This document shows, one piece after another, positions 44,126-57,819 of a DNA stretch of 64,000 bases (positions are counted from its first letter, which is position 1; each line of letters begins with the position of its first letter). Both the position numbers and the translations under genes were made by a program. Where the stretch lies: contig NIVC01002768.1 of the NCBI GenBank assembly GCA_002269645.1, positions 1 to 64,000 of the forward strand. The letters are read 5' to 3'. Source of the DNA: Macrostomum lignano. Its lineage: Eukaryota. The notes under the pieces are model-generated. The model made no database searches. It saw only the letters and a program-made list of their open reading frames with translations, and was not told the origin of the DNA.

Positions 44126-45200
44126 TCAAACGAAGTGCCAGCGGTCAGCGGACTCCGGCATCGGGTAGGGCGGTGCCGGCGGCGGCGCAGCCTCCACGAT
44201 CGCCTCGGCGTCCCTTCGAGTCAGCCGATCAGCGCCAACCTCAGCGGAATCGCCGGTGTGGGCGCAGCTGATGCCGCCGGGGTCCACCGCCCGGCTCATC
44301 ATCGCCCGCCACTGTCGATGAGTCTCGGCGATCACCTCCACGGCCAGAGCTGCGTCGCGAAATTCTTCTTCAAAGGCGAATCGGTTCGGTGACCCTCCTT
44401 GTGGCACCTGGTCGGTGTTGGAGTGAGAGAGGCATGATCGTACAGGATGCAACATACGCTTGTAGCTGCAACGGCACTGGGGGACCCGTGGCAGCCTCCA
44501 ACCCCCCTCGTCCTTTTCCGTTGTGTCCCACCTGCACCTTGCAGCTAAGTCAAGTACCAAAACCAGTGCCTCATAGAGAAATTAACACGTATCTACTAGT
44601 ATCTACCTTGTAATTGCGAAACCAACTCAATGTAGCCTCCAGCAGGCCAGGCATGTACAGTTGCACATCGTCAACATCCTGCAGCTTGTCGGCAATGGGA
44701 TCCTGCGTATCGATTGCCAGCACCTTCCAGTCGGTCTCGCCCTCGTCGATGAGGCCTAGCAGGCCCAGCGGTCGGACGCGAAGCACGGAGCCTCTGGTGC
44801 TCAACCGGCTGCCGATCTCGCAGACGTCCAGTGGGTCATTGTCACCAGCGGCACCTGTGCGGATGTCCGTGTGGCCGGGATCCTCCCAGGTCTGCGGCAG
44901 AGCGCCGTAGTTCCACAGGTAGCCCCGGTAGGGGAACACGCTGTCAACAAAGCGTACACAGCCGCGTTTAACATCCTGCTTGATGGGGTTCAGTGGCTCA
45001 GATTTGCTGATCTCCATTTTGGCGCTCGTCCATCTGGGTATCTCCACCACCATGTGAACCTCCGTCTGCTCGGGATTCGCGTACAGTGGGATGTCGTGAA
45101 ATGGCGATACCGGTCCATCCGGTCCGGTAAAGTACATTGCGTAATCTGTCGAATAGAGCGAGCCCCGTTCAATCACGCCGTACGGTCCTCCGGATGACAT
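44126..45200 (-). CDS. PPA1: Soluble inorganic pyrophosphatase (family I); join(44126..44407,44607..45200)
   Basis: SPFHDIPL, VEIPRW, NYGALPQTWEDP, GDNDPLDVCEIG, DEGETDWK, WFRNYK|VP; GT-AG intron in phase 0. Confidence 0.95.
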
Positions 45201-47102
45201 TGTAAGCAAGGTTTAACAATTCGATTCCTGCAAAATAAATTAGAATGAAGCCCAACCTTGACAAATTTAAATTTAATCAGGTATTCACGAATGATATCGC
45301 TGATATAACGGATAACGCTAATATTACTAAACGTACCAGATTGACGATTAGGAAGTGATTCGCTACCAACTAGATCGGAAACATATATGCATACAGGCTA
45401 GTAAGCCTAGATATTATTTAAAGCTAGTATTCCCCTAACTTCCAATCATGTCGAATCCGAATGCTCTAGTCGAATCGAATGATATGATGGCAACCAATGG
45501 TAGCGAGGCAAGAAGCTACAGGAATGTGTATACTCGCACATGTGCTTGCACGCTGTTTGTACTCGTATGCGCTGGCTAGCTATCGCAGTGTCGCAACAAC
45601 AAGTAGACCTCTTTGAACAAACATTATAAATCAACATAAATTTTCTGATTTTGATTGCGCATGTACGAGCGTAGCTATTTTGAAGGCAAAATAGACAGAT
45701 TTGCTCTTTTTAAACTAAAAGTTACAATTAGTATTCAATAGAGAGTGGATTATGAGGATCCTAGTGAGAATATCACTTCTCTGACCTTCTATATATCATC
45801 GCTTTTAGGATTTTCAATAACCTGAGTGACCAATGGGCCAGCAAGGTACCATATATCAACGAAAGGGGTTCCATAAATGCACATACATGTGTATAGATCA
45901 GCTCAGCGGAAGTCATTGCCTATACGTGTAGTCATTAGGGCTGGTGGTCTGCTAGACTGGAGGCCTGTGGCGGCGCCATTTTTTTAACCGGCCTTCGCAG
46001 GCATTCTCCCATCTCACAAAGTGGATCCTTAAATTATTTTCTCCCAAACCAGGACAAAGTAAAGTCTGGATACTACTTGCATCGCTTATACATGCACATG
46101 CAAGCACTACTATAAGCAAAACACCGAGCTACATGTACGTCACAAAGGATTACATAAGAATGTAAGAATGAACACAGGACGCTCCACTCGAGCTAAGTGT
46201 ACATATTTTCAGAAGTCCTGCAGGGTAAATGAATGAGTCTAGAATGTATGTACTGTTTAATGCTATCTAATGAAGCCTCGATCACAGATCCTGTATGCAT
46301 CTAAAATTTTCATGAAGCTTTTTCTTCGACACGCGCCAGCCGACGTCGATCGTGATTATTATTTCATAGGTTTCATGGTTCTGCGTGCATGTATCAAGAG
46401 CAGCTGGTTTTTGCCATCATGACGATGTACGGTGAGACTAAGGCTGCTTTGGACGGTGGACAGTTTATCGGACTTCTTCGAGACATCCTCTGGGTCGTTC
46501 CAGGGAGATACGTACATGTTATTAGTTTCGTTCTTGTTCTGATGCCTGACTGGGTGATGTGGACTGCTTTCCAACGATGACGGCTTTCTGCTGCGGCGAC
46601 GCGTGGGTTGACGCAGACCGGAGATGTGGCTCAGCGTCAGCAAAATTGGTATACTAATGCTATTATTTAGGCTGTTTTCTGCTGTTTTTAGTTGATTAAA
46701 GTTTCTTTTTTGGATTGTTTTCCAATAGTAGTCTTCGTCTCAGGTTCAGGTTTGAACTTCTGACTTCGTAATTACCCCATTGGCTAGAAATCAACCATGC
46801 TGGAGCTTCTACTGGCTGACCCGTCTGGGCATCCGAAAGTTAGCAAAACCACTTGAATTAATTTGGCCTTTTGGCGCAGCATTTGCTTTTGATTCTGCAA
46901 TTGCATAGTCGTCGTTATCAACGAGTTATCGCTGATAAAATTTAAAGGAAATTGGAATTGTCAAGTCATTTTTGTGCGAACTCTTATTCGAATTGAATAA
47001 ATCTCCTAAGCAGATCTTCAACGCCGGTTATCAGCGTCGCGGACAGTAGAATATACAAATTTTTGCGCCTCATTAACACGAAAATACCTAATCATGACTT
47101 AC

Positions 47103-49882
47103 ATGAAGCCTGGAAAGAAAAAGAACAAGAATGTTTCATACTTTTCTAATGAATACATCATTACCAATCATGGCGATATCGTTAGCTTTATTGCTATGAT
47201 TATTGTTCTGGGACTGATGTTTCAGGTAATGTAAAACCTAAAAGGTGATATTTTTCGTATATTTTGTGTTGTCTGGGCTTGATGGCTGGTATATTTCCTG
47301 AATATGGCACTTAAATATTTATTGGTATTTTGTATTGTTATTACTTGGTATTTGTAAGACAAGAAAATTAACTCACAACTCAGGATTTCTAAAATCGTCA
47401 ATTCCAAAAATACATAGGTAATTATCTTAAATAAAACTTGGGGCTTTTGGGGGTTTGCAAAAATATCTATATAGCCTTTTGCTCTATAAAACATAATTTA
47501 CCAGACATCAATTTAGCTTGTTGCGTTTATATTATATTTAGATAATAATAAAAGAAATTTGGCCACAAATTTAAGCTCAGTTAAACTTTGGCCTATTCAG
47601 TTTAAATGAATAGGCTTAGACTTAGCTATAGCCATAAAACTATTCTATGACTATGTTTGATATCCTTAGTTTTTATAATAGGGGCCTATAAAAAATTGCA
47701 AGTTTTTTTAGGCCCCTATATCTATATGCAGTATGATTATAAAATTATAATTTAGATTGTTTACAATCTTTTTCTAGATTTATCTTAATTCATTATAGCC
47801 TATATGGCTATATTATATTTAATATTTATAATCTTTAAAATATAATATTTAAAAGATTAAATAAATCTGACTAATATTTAACTCCTTATCATTTTTATAG
47901 TGACCCTAAATATCTTTTTGTTTGTCTGAATGTTAAAGATAGATTTTTTGATAGTATGTTTATTAAAAGGTTAAATCTCCTTGTTATAACCAAAGGTATT
48001 TTTATAAATAGCAATTTAGTGCACTTAAAGAAATTATTAGCATGTAAATATACAAAGACTCAAGTGTCTGCAACACAATTTTATTTGCAATAGTTGATTT
48101 TATTCTAGTTTATTTTATCTTTATTCCAGTGTATTTGTACTATCTAGCATATTTTGACCTTTAATTATAATAGGGATAAATCTTATCTTCTCATTGCTAC
48201 AAAGGATAGACAAGTTAGTCAACTTTAGCTCCAAAGATATAATAGAACTTTCAAATATAAGAGAAGTAATAGAGTTTGTTTAGAATTATTTGAGAAACCT
48301 TGCCTTTCATTAAATATCTATTATTATATTTTATCTTAAGAGTTTTAATTTTTTCTCCAACTTTTTGATCCAATTTTTAATAGAATAAAAAAATGACATA
48401 AAATATACAGTATATCTTATTCCCTCTGCAAAATTTTAGTTTACAGCTCCAATTGCTAAGCTGTTCATCATTATCCAGCACAATGCTACTGTCAATGGTA
48501 AGGTTGAATCATTTTATTCATTTTCAATTTCTATAAATCACTTGGCATCTAAGCTTATTAATATACATTGCTTGCAAATATTCAACCAGCCACTACTGAA
48601 GTGGACAAGGACACCCCTATGTACACTACTGGACGGCGTGACCTATTGGCTGTCATATTCTACACCCTGATTGCCATTGTCATCCACGCTGTCATTCAAG
48701 AATACATTCTGGACAAGGTGAACAGGAAGCTGCACTTGTCCAAGACTAAGCACAGCAAGGTGAACGAGAGCGGCCACCTGGCCCTGTTCTACATCATTAG
48801 CGCCGTCTGGGGTGCTAATATCATCTATAGAGAGCGCCTGTTCGTGTCTGTGCCGTCTCTGTGGGAGGGATATCCGCACATGTATATGTCTTTCTGGTTC
48901 AAGTTCTATTTTATCTGCCAGATCTGCTATTGGCTGCACTGCTTCCCGGAGCTCTACTTCCAGGTTTGTGTGCTATTCAATTTGATTAATAACTGTACAA
49001 GCTCGGAGATGTATTAAAGTACACAGCAACTCGTGCCTGTCTCTGATCAAAATCTCAACCTAAAAACCTAAATCTTTAGCGCATCAAGAAAGACGAGATG
49101 CCCAGCCGAGTGACCTATTACTCCATCTACCTGGTGTGCATACTGGGTGCCTACCTGCTCCATTTTAATCGGCTGGCCATTGTGCTGCTAGTTGTGCACT
49201 ATTTTGTTGAGTCAATCTATCACGCCTCGCGTCTGTTCTATTTTTTCGGCAAAACCGATGTTGCCAAGGCCGGCTTCCTAGTGTGGGACGTGCTGTTTGT
49301 CCTTGTCCGCGTCCTGTCCGTGGCCCTGGCCTTCATCACCTTCATGCTGGGATTGGAGCGCAGCGCCGTTGACTCCGTGGCCTGGCGCGAGGGCAATTTC
49401 AATACGCGCCTGGTTCGGGTCAACTGCCTGATGCTGCTCTGCCTGCTGCAGGGCTACCTAATGTGGAATTTCATTACCTTCCATATCAAACGCATTCGCG
49501 AGTACATTAGCCAGAGAGCGAGCCGCAGTCCCAGGAAGCAGCAGAAGAAAAGTAAGTTTGATTGGCTGCATAGACCCTGTGTATTGAAATCTCTATTGTT
49601 TCGTGGCTAATTTAAAAAATCTAATCATTGCTTTTTAGCGTTTTTTCTTTTAGTTCTACTATGAGTAGAGTAGTGAATAAAAATCAATACATTAACAGTA
49701 AATGACTCCAAACGAATTAATTAGTCTATAAGTGTCTGGAGAAACTTCCTTAATCCTTTGCAGTGGGTGGCGGCAAGTCCAAGGCCGACGGCGAACAGCA
49801 GCAGGACGGTGGCGGCGCCGCCACCAACGAGCTCACGGAGGTTGACCGGGACCTGCACGAGCAGAGGAAGAAGCGGGCTTGA
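47103..49882 (+). CDS. TRAM1: Translocating chain-associated membrane protein; exons 47103-47225, 48440-48497, 48590-48963, 49080-49551, 49764-49882
   Basis: NHGDIVS, HAVIQEYILDKVNRKLHLSKTKHSKVNESG, LWEGYPH, QICYWLHCFPELYFQ (TLC domain); all introns GT-AG and in phase. Confidence 0.93.
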
Positions 49883-50299
49883 GCAAGGCCGCAGTGGCGC
49901 CGATCTGTTTGTTGATTGAGGAAGGCTCTGAACTGATATTGGAATGCTTTAGGATTGAAGTAGAGTCTTAGGTGATAATCGAATTCAAACTAATAGAAAA
50001 ATTATTTCACTCATTAGTAATTCGCTACTGTATGCCTAGCGATTATAAATCTTCTTAATACAAATTCTCCAAGTCTTAGAAACTTTGCTCGTTTCGCAAA
50101 TATAAATACCGATCGGGGTTATTTTATTGTCATCTGCTGCTTTTCATTCTCTTACGCTAATTGGAATTTATTAAGAACATTATTGATTTGGAAATTTTTG
50201 AAACTCATCGTTAATTCTTTCTTTAGTTAATTTTTCCGTTTGTTTTTGACTGTTTTGTCTCAATCTGCATCTCTCTTTTTGGTTTTGCTCGCTATTGCT

Positions 50300-50596
50300 C
50301 ATACATGCGCAACGTCCAAAATTCGGTCGGCCGTGCGACTTAGTTTTAACAAAAATGCGACGTAGTTTTTGGCCAAAAATGCGACTTACATGTAAAAAAA
50401 CCCTAAAGCAAAATTAACGCAACTTTGGGTAAACGGCGGGAGTAACTATGACTGTCTTATCAGGCAAAAATGCCTCGTCAGCTACTTAGTACTACTGCGT
50501 GGGTATTTTTTGGGTGGGCATTTTTGCGACTTCCTTGGTTGGCTGCCAAATCAGTCGGCCGGATCGGCCGACTCGGCCGACTGTTGCGCATGTATG
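50300..50596. mobile_element. MITE with 14-bp TIR (CATACATGCGCAAC) and 8-bp TSD (CTATTGCT), hAT- or P-like
   Basis: TSD at 50292-50299 and 50597-50604; subterminal GTCGGCCG and TGCGAC repeats. Confidence 0.85.
50427..50490 (+). other. 28S rRNA-derived fragment (R2/I-PpoI target region) inside the MITE
   Basis: GGGTAAACGGCGGGAGTAACTATGACT is identical to the conserved LSU sequence as I recall it; it continues AAATGCCTCGTCA after a substituted block. Confidence 0.85.
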
Positions 50597-51894
50597 CTAT
50601 TGCTTAGTTTATTTTGCTCTGGTGTCGGTCACTTATAATTATTCCCCCATCTAATTACTTGACCTTGTACTGCACTATGTATTTTGTGTTTATTAATATT
50701 CTATTTATTTGTTATTTATTGGCTGTCGCCGTATCCGCAGCCTTTATCCGACGGTGTCTGTTGTTCTTTGTGTTTTTTTCTTTAAGAATGTGGATTTTTT
50801 CTCCATATATATGCATATGAATTCTGCTATTAACCTTGCTTTTCAGTTTCGTCTTATTTGATAAAAAAGACAGTTTAATTTGGCTCTAGTGGGCATCAAC
50901 ATTAACACAATGCCTGTTAAGGTAACTCTGTGTTTTAATGTGTGCAGTCTGCCGATAACTTGTTCGTTTTCTTTGTTCTGGTCTCCGTGTACTAATCAGT
51001 TACATTTATGTTATAGCTATTTCGTGTAATTTATCACTATGTTATGAGCAGCCCTAGTGTGCGTGTTGTTTACAATAAGTTGTTATTACTGTATTCGGGG
51101 GTTTAACAGACAGGCAGAGTTTGGCTAAGATCACAGGCACTTAGATGGGCCACTCAGCACATTTGCGTGCAAGCTACTTTCAGTTCAGTAGCAAGTTAAA
51201 CTGAAGCATTTTAATGTATTTTTAAAGACAAGGTTCATTTATTGGCTCTTACCCCCCAAGCTTCAAACCCTCAAACTCCACACAGAACTTCTACCCCTGT
51301 CATTCTTTTACCTTCTTTGATTGTTCCAGCCTAAATCTGCCTTGTACATTTCAGTGGCTAATGTACATTATTGCTGAACCAATTAGCAAGCTGTTTTCGT
51401 CTGCAAGCTTGGGCTTCTAAACTTATCAATGTCAGCTGCTTTTATTTTTATAAAATAGCTTATGTATTCTTCTTTGCTACTGAACTGAAAGTAGAAAGCT
51501 GTTTTACCTAGTATATATGCCTGAGTGGCCCATCTAGTTATTCGAGTATCTGCGGCTAAGATTAGCAATCCAGTGACTATTTTCCCGAATTGACTTCCTG
51601 CTTAAGCTGAAGTGTTTAGTGTTGTCCCAGGTGTCCCGATCCGATTCAGTAGCTTCGCAGATTGTTGCCTTCTTGGCGCCTTTGTTGTTTGAGATTGTCT
51701 GGAGTAAATAAAAACGGAAATGATCCCATCTTTGCTGTTTAATTGGATATTTACTTGGTTGGTGTCTTTATTTATTTATCGTTTTGAATATTTGTCTTAT
51801 GACAGGTTTCAATTCTTCATCAGTCGAATGAAACTATTTTAAAACATCGTCTACAATATACCCTGTCCTATCTATATCTTCTGGTCCAGAACTG

Positions 51895-53685
51895 CCCATA
51901 TCCCAGTCCAGAGTCATCCCTTATCCCAGTCTAATCCTCCCAAATCCCAGTCTAAATCATCCCTTATTACAGTCTAAATCATCCCATATCCCAGTCTAAT
52001 CTTCCCATATCCCAGTCTAAATCATCCCAATTCCCAGTCTAATCCTCCAAAATCCCAGTCTAATCCTCTCATATCCCAGTCTAAATCATCCCACATCCCA
52101 GTCCAGAACCATCCCACACCCCAGTCCAGAACCATCCCACACCCCAGTCCAGAACCATCCCACACCCCGGTCCAGAACCATCCCACACCCCGGTCCAGAA
52201 CCATCCCACACATCGGTCCAGAACCATCCCACACCCCGGTCCAAAACCATCCCACATCCCAGTCCAGAACCATCTCACACCCCATTCCAAAACCATCCCA
52301 CATCCCAGTCCAAGACCATCCCACATCCCAGTCCAGAACCATCCCACATCCCAGTCCAAGACCATCCCACATCCCAGTCCAGAAACATCCCACATCCCAG
52401 TCCAGAACCATCCCACATCCCAGTCCAGAACCATCCCACATCCCAGTCCAAGACCATCCCACATCCCAGTCCAAAACCATCCCACATCCCAGTCCAAGAC
52501 CATCCCACATCCCAGTCCAGAACCATCCCACATTTCAGTCCAGAAACATCCCACATCCCAGTCCAAAACCATCCCACATCCCAGTCCAGAACCATCCCAC
52601 ATCCCAGTCCAAGACAATCCTACATCCCAGTCCAGAACCATCCCACACCCCAGTCCAAAACCATCCCACATCCCAGTCCAAGACCATCCCACATCTCAGT
52701 CCAAAACCATCCCACATCCCAGTCCAGAAACATCCCACATCCCAGTCCAAGACCATCCCACATCCCAGTCCAGAACCATCCCACATCCCAGTCCAAGACC
52801 ATCCATCCCACATCTCAGTCCAAGACCATCCCACACCCCAGTCCAAGACCATCCCACATCCCAGTCCAGAAACATCCCACATCCCAGTCCAAGACCATCC
52901 ATCCCACATCTCAGTCCAAGACCATCCCACATCTCAGTCCAAAACCATCCCACATCCCAGTCCAAGACCATCCCACATCTCAGTCCAAAACCATCCCACA
53001 TCCCAGTCCAGAAACATCCCACATCCCAGTCCAAGACCATCCCACATCCCAGTCCAAGACCATCCCACATCCCAGTCCAAAACCATGCCACATCCCAGTC
53101 CAAGACCATCCCACATCCCAGTCCAGAACCATCCCACATTCCAGTCCAGAACCATCCCATATCCCAGTCCAAAACCATCCCACATCCCAGTCCAAGACTA
53201 TCCCACACCCTAGTCCAAAACCATCCCACATCCCAGTCCAAAACCATCCCACATCTCAGTCCAGAACCATCCCACATCCCAGTCCAAGACCATCCATCCC
53301 ACATCCCAGTCCAAGACCATCCCACATCCCAGTCCAAAACCATCCCACATCCCAGTCCAAAACCATCCCACATCTCAGTCCAAAACCATCCCACATCTCA
53401 GTCCAAAACCATCCCACATCCCAGTCCAAGACCATCCCACATCCCAGTCCAGAACCATCCCACATTCCAGTCCAGAACCATCCCATATCCCAGTCCAAAA
53501 CCATCCCACATCTCAGTCCAAAACCATCCCACATCCCAGTCTAGAAACATCCCATATCCCAGTCCAGAACCATCCCATATCCCAGTCCAAAACCATCCCA
53601 CATCTCAGTCCAAAACCATCCCACATCCCAGTCTAGAAACATCCCATATCCCAGTCCAGAACCATCCCACATCTCAGTCCAAGAC
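51895..53685. repeat. 20-bp minisatellite (CCATCCCACATCCCAGTCCA+2-3 nt)
   Basis: Direct reading; source of the W/G-rich spurious ORFs. Confidence 0.95.
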
Positions 53686-53730
53686 ATTGTATTCCGCAAT
53701 CCAGAGCTGCACTGAAACTGAGCATCAGCC

Positions 53731-55524
53731 ATGGGCACCTCAAGCGACGAATCCACCTGGGTAGCCTGGTACTGCGGCCTCCGCGGCAACGAATACTTCT
53801 GCGAAGTTGACGAAGAGTTCATTAACGACCGGTTCAACCTCACCGGCCTGGCAGAACAGGTGCCAAATTACCGGGATGCCCTGGCACACATCACGGACGC
53901 CGGGGCGGACGACGAACTGATGATGGATGACCGGCCGGGCGGTTCGGACGCGCTCGAACAGTCGGCCGAGCTGCTCTACGGTCTAATTCATTCGCGATAT
54001 ATTCTCACTAACCGAGGCATTGCCCAAATGATTGAGAAATGGCTGCGAGGCGACTTTTCCACTTGTCCGCGTGTGTTCTGCGAGGGACAACCAGTTATGC
54101 CTATAGGTGAGCGCTGAGGGAGTCTGTAGAGTGGATAGGGGTAGCAGCACCAGCTGGTTGGGATGGAGGCTGGCAGGTTGGGGGAGGGGCCGTAGCCCAA
54201 TGGTCTGGCGTGGCGCTCTGATGTGCCAGCGGCCCAGGCTCGATTCCAAGTGCAGTCACATTAATTTGGGGCTTAAACTGGAATCTCGGCTCGGCATTTC
54301 TCGTGCAATTAACGGCCTTGAAGGCCAACCCCCAAGGCACAGTGAAGTGTACCTGCCTAACGATAAATAAAGTTAGGGCCGCTGTACACTCCTGTGTGAG
54401 TGTGTGCCTGTGCGTATGACTGCGTACGTATCCGCGCGCTTGTGTGCCTGCTCAGGGGAGTCGGCGGAATGGGCAGCAATGCCTCTCGCCGGTTGTGCGA
54501 CAATGTCGCTTGCAGTGCGCCAGGGTGCGCACAGGCCATTTCCCAGTCCCAGTCCTAGGAAAGATCAGAGAGTGTGGGATGAGAGGTAGGGTACAGATCA
54601 GAGAGTAGGGGATGAGAGTTAGGGACAGATCAGAGAGTAGGGGATGAGAGGTAGGGGTCAGATCAGAGAGTAGGGGATGAGAGGTAGGGGTCAGACCAGA
54701 GAGTAGAGGATGAGAGGTAGGGAGTAATGAGAGAGTGGGGGATGAGAAGTAGGGAGTGATAAGAGAGAGGGGAATGAGAGGTAGCGGACAGATCAGAGAG
54801 TAGGGGATGAGAGGTACGGAGTGATAAGAGAGTGGGGAATGAGAGGTAAGGGACAGATCAGAGAGTGGGATGAGAGGTAGGGGACAGATCAGAGAGTGGG
54901 ATGAGAGGTAGGGGACAGATCAGAGAGTAGGGGATGAGTGGTAGGGGACAGATCAGAGAGTGGGGGACGAGAAGTAGGGAGTAATAAGAGAGTGGGGGAT
55001 GAGTGGTAGGGGACAGATCAGAGAGTGGAGGCGAGAAGTAGGGAGTAATAAGAGAGTTGGGGATGAGAGGTAAAGGCAGGAGGGTAGCAACATCACAACC
55101 GAGGATTCAAGAAGTCCGATCGATTGAACCTCCGAAAAGCCTTAGTAACCGTCCCACTTACCGCTGACTCGCAGGCCTCTCTGACCTGCCTGGCGAGGCC
55201 ACAGTGAAGCTATACTGCCCTAAATGCCGCGACGTGTACATGCCTACCGCGTCGCGCTATCGACACATCGACGGGGCCTACTTTGGCACGGGGTTTCCCC
55301 ATATGCTATTTTTAGTTCACCCGGAATACCGGCCCAAACGGCCGGCCAATCAGTTCGTGCCCAGGCTATACGGATTTAAAGTGCACCCGCTGGCTTATCA
55401 TCTGCAGTATCAGGCCGCTTCCAACTCGGCGGCCGCCGCTGCTACCGGCCCGGTTACAGTTGGAGCTATTAAAGGCGACGGGCCCGTGTCTGCACCTGTT
55501 GCTGGCCAACTTAATCACCAGTAA
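53731..55524 (+). CDS. CSNK2B: Casein kinase II beta subunit; join(53731..54106,55175..55524)
   Basis: [42 protein letters not shown]...LYCPKC zinc ribbon, [13 protein letters not shown]; phase-1 GT-AG intron. Confidence 0.96.
54186..54536 (+). mobile_element. tRNA-SINE copy in the CSNK2B intron
   Basis: A box TAGCCCAATGG and B box GGCTCGATTCC; body matches the other copies. Confidence 0.87.
54560..55075. repeat. Purine-rich ~38-bp minisatellite in the CSNK2B intron
   Basis: GATCAGAGAGTAGGGGATGAGAGGTAGGGG-type units. Confidence 0.85.
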
Positions 55525-56054
55525 TTGAATTTGATGTGTGTATTCGCTGACTTTGTCTCTAGCGAATCTCTAGTTAGTTTGGTAATCTGTCATATGCATG
55601 TAATTGGAATGGAATTCGTTCTTTCTTTATTGCGCCACGGATGTTGTAGAATTTTCTAAAGCTATTCGTGAGGCTGCAATTCCCCCTGACAACGGAGCAA
55701 AATCTTCCTGTTATTAAAAATGCCCCATATCTTAATAGATTAGTGAAAACTGGTTAATTTATTGGATTTTTTGCGATTTTTTTCCTGTTCGTTTATTTTG
55801 AAAGCGGTTTTCTCTTAGCACATATGTTTATTAGTTGAATATCGTTATTAAATTTACTGTTTGTGTCTTGAATGTGTCTGCATTTATGCATAACTTGTAT
55901 TACGCTACTATAAGTATTATTAAAGTTATTGTAGCATTCTGTTTGCATTGCTTGCCGAACAAGCTAACAGCAGTTGCACTGTAAACTTTCATGAGCAAGT
56001 TTCACAAGCTAGCCAAGTTTGATGCCAAGTGTCAAGGTATTGCAGCCTTGTTAA

Positions 56055-57265
56055 GGGTGAGATTACTGGGATATTGCAGCCTTAAGGGTGGATTCCAGGG
56101 ATATTGCAGCCTTGTTAAGCGTGAGATTCCAGGGATATTGCAGCCTTGTTAAGCGTGAGATTCCAGGCATATTGCAGCCTTGTTAAGCGTGAGATTTCAG
56201 GGATATTGCAGCCTTGTTAAGCGTGAGATTCCAGGGATATTGCAGCCTTGTTAAGCGTGAGATTCCAGGGATATTGCAGCCTTGTTAAGCGTGAGATTTC
56301 AGGGATATTGCAGCCTTGTTAAGCGTGAGATTCCAGGGATATTGCAGCCTTGTTAAGCGTGAGATTCCAGGGATATTGCAGCCTTGTTAAGCGTGAGATT
56401 CCAGGGATATTGCAGCCTTGTTAAGCGTGAGATTCCAGGCATATTGCAGCCTTGTTAAGCGTGAGATTTCAGGGATATTGCAGCCTTGTTAAGCGTGAGA
56501 TTCCAGGCATATTGCAGCCTTGTTAAGCGTGAGATTTCAGGGATATTGCAGCCTTGAGTGTGAGATTTCAGGGATTCTAGTCTGAAAGGTGAGATTCCAG
56601 GGATTCTAGTCTGAAAGGTGAGATTTCAGGGATTCTAGTCTGAAAGGTGAGATTTCAGGGATTCTAGTCTGAAAGGTGAGATTCCAGGGATTCTAGTCTG
56701 AAAGATGAGATTTCAGGGATTCTAGTCTGAAAGGTGAGATTCCAGGGATTCTAGTCTGAAAGATGAGATTTCAGGGATTCTAGTCTGAAAGGTGAGATTT
56801 CAGGGATTCTAGTCTGAAAGGTGAGATTTCAGGGATTCTAGTCTGAAAGGTGAGATTCCAGGGATTCTAGTCTGAAAGGTGAGATTTCAGGGATTCTAGT
56901 CTGAAAGGGGAGATTTCAGGGATTCTAGTCTGAAAGGTGAGATTCCAGGGATTCTAGTCTGAAAGGTGAGATTCCAGGGATTCTAGTCTGAAAGATGAGA
57001 TTTCAGGGATTCTAGTCTGAAAGGTGAGATTCCAGGGATTCTAGTCTGAAAGATGAGATTTCAGGGATTCTAGTCTGAAAGGTGAGATTTCAGGGATTCT
57101 AGTCTGAAAGGTGAGATTTCAGGGATTCTAGTCTGAAAGGTGAGATTCCAGGGATTCTAGTCTGAAAGGTGAGATTCCAGGGATTCTAGTCTGAAAGGTG
57201 AGATTCCAGGGATTCTAGTCTGAAAGGTGAGATTTCAGGGATTCTAGTCTGAAAGGTGAGATTCC
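56055..57265. repeat. Two adjacent minisatellites (~35-bp then ~29-bp) sharing a GTGAGATT(T/C)CAGGGAT core
   Basis: Direct reading. Confidence 0.93.
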
Positions 57266-57819
57266 GATAGCTCCCTGTGTTAGGATTTAAAGAGCAGTTT
57301 GACTGACGAGTGCACCAATATTATTCGCGCTTTCACCCGGCACATATCGATACAATGATTTGTATTAATATGTAGATAAATGCTTCTCTTTATAACCTTT
57401 ACTTCTTGTAGTTAAAATATAAAACATTAGCAGTTTAAAAAAATATTGCGTTACACCTAAGTACGAAGCTTTACGAGCTACAATGTCACTGTTTAACAAA
57501 ATCAGCTAATCTGCATTGATACTCGTATTTGCAGACCACAAGATGGCTCATCTTTTATCCGGTTAGCACTCCATGCTTTAGCTATGCTGATTGTTTGCAG
57601 TGTTCGAGTAATTTTGTTTTAGTGGCGTTGACTGGTTGTGATAAATATACATATTTACGAGATAAGTTTATTCAGCTCTCAATATACATTTAAAATATAA
57701 TTTCTCGCGCATTTTCTATTAAAAATATGATGACAAAACATTTCAATTTCAGTTTTGTATTTCACAAAAAAAAATGAGAACGTTGGTTTTTTCTCCCAGT
57801 TTTTTTATTGCTATTTAGA

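Noticed and set aside
50427-50490. rRNA gene
   Set aside because: Only ~64 bp, diverged and enclosed in a MITE; there is no flanking rDNA.
51895-53685. Many long ORFs over minisatellites (also 31343-32161, 35515-36060, 57755-59066, 60996-61506)
   Set aside because: Translations are pure repeat read-through in several frames at once, with no coding signal.
54186-54260. tRNA gene (also 23510-23583)
   Set aside because: A and B boxes are present, but there is no proper cloverleaf and the sequence continues into a shared repeat body, so it is a SINE head.
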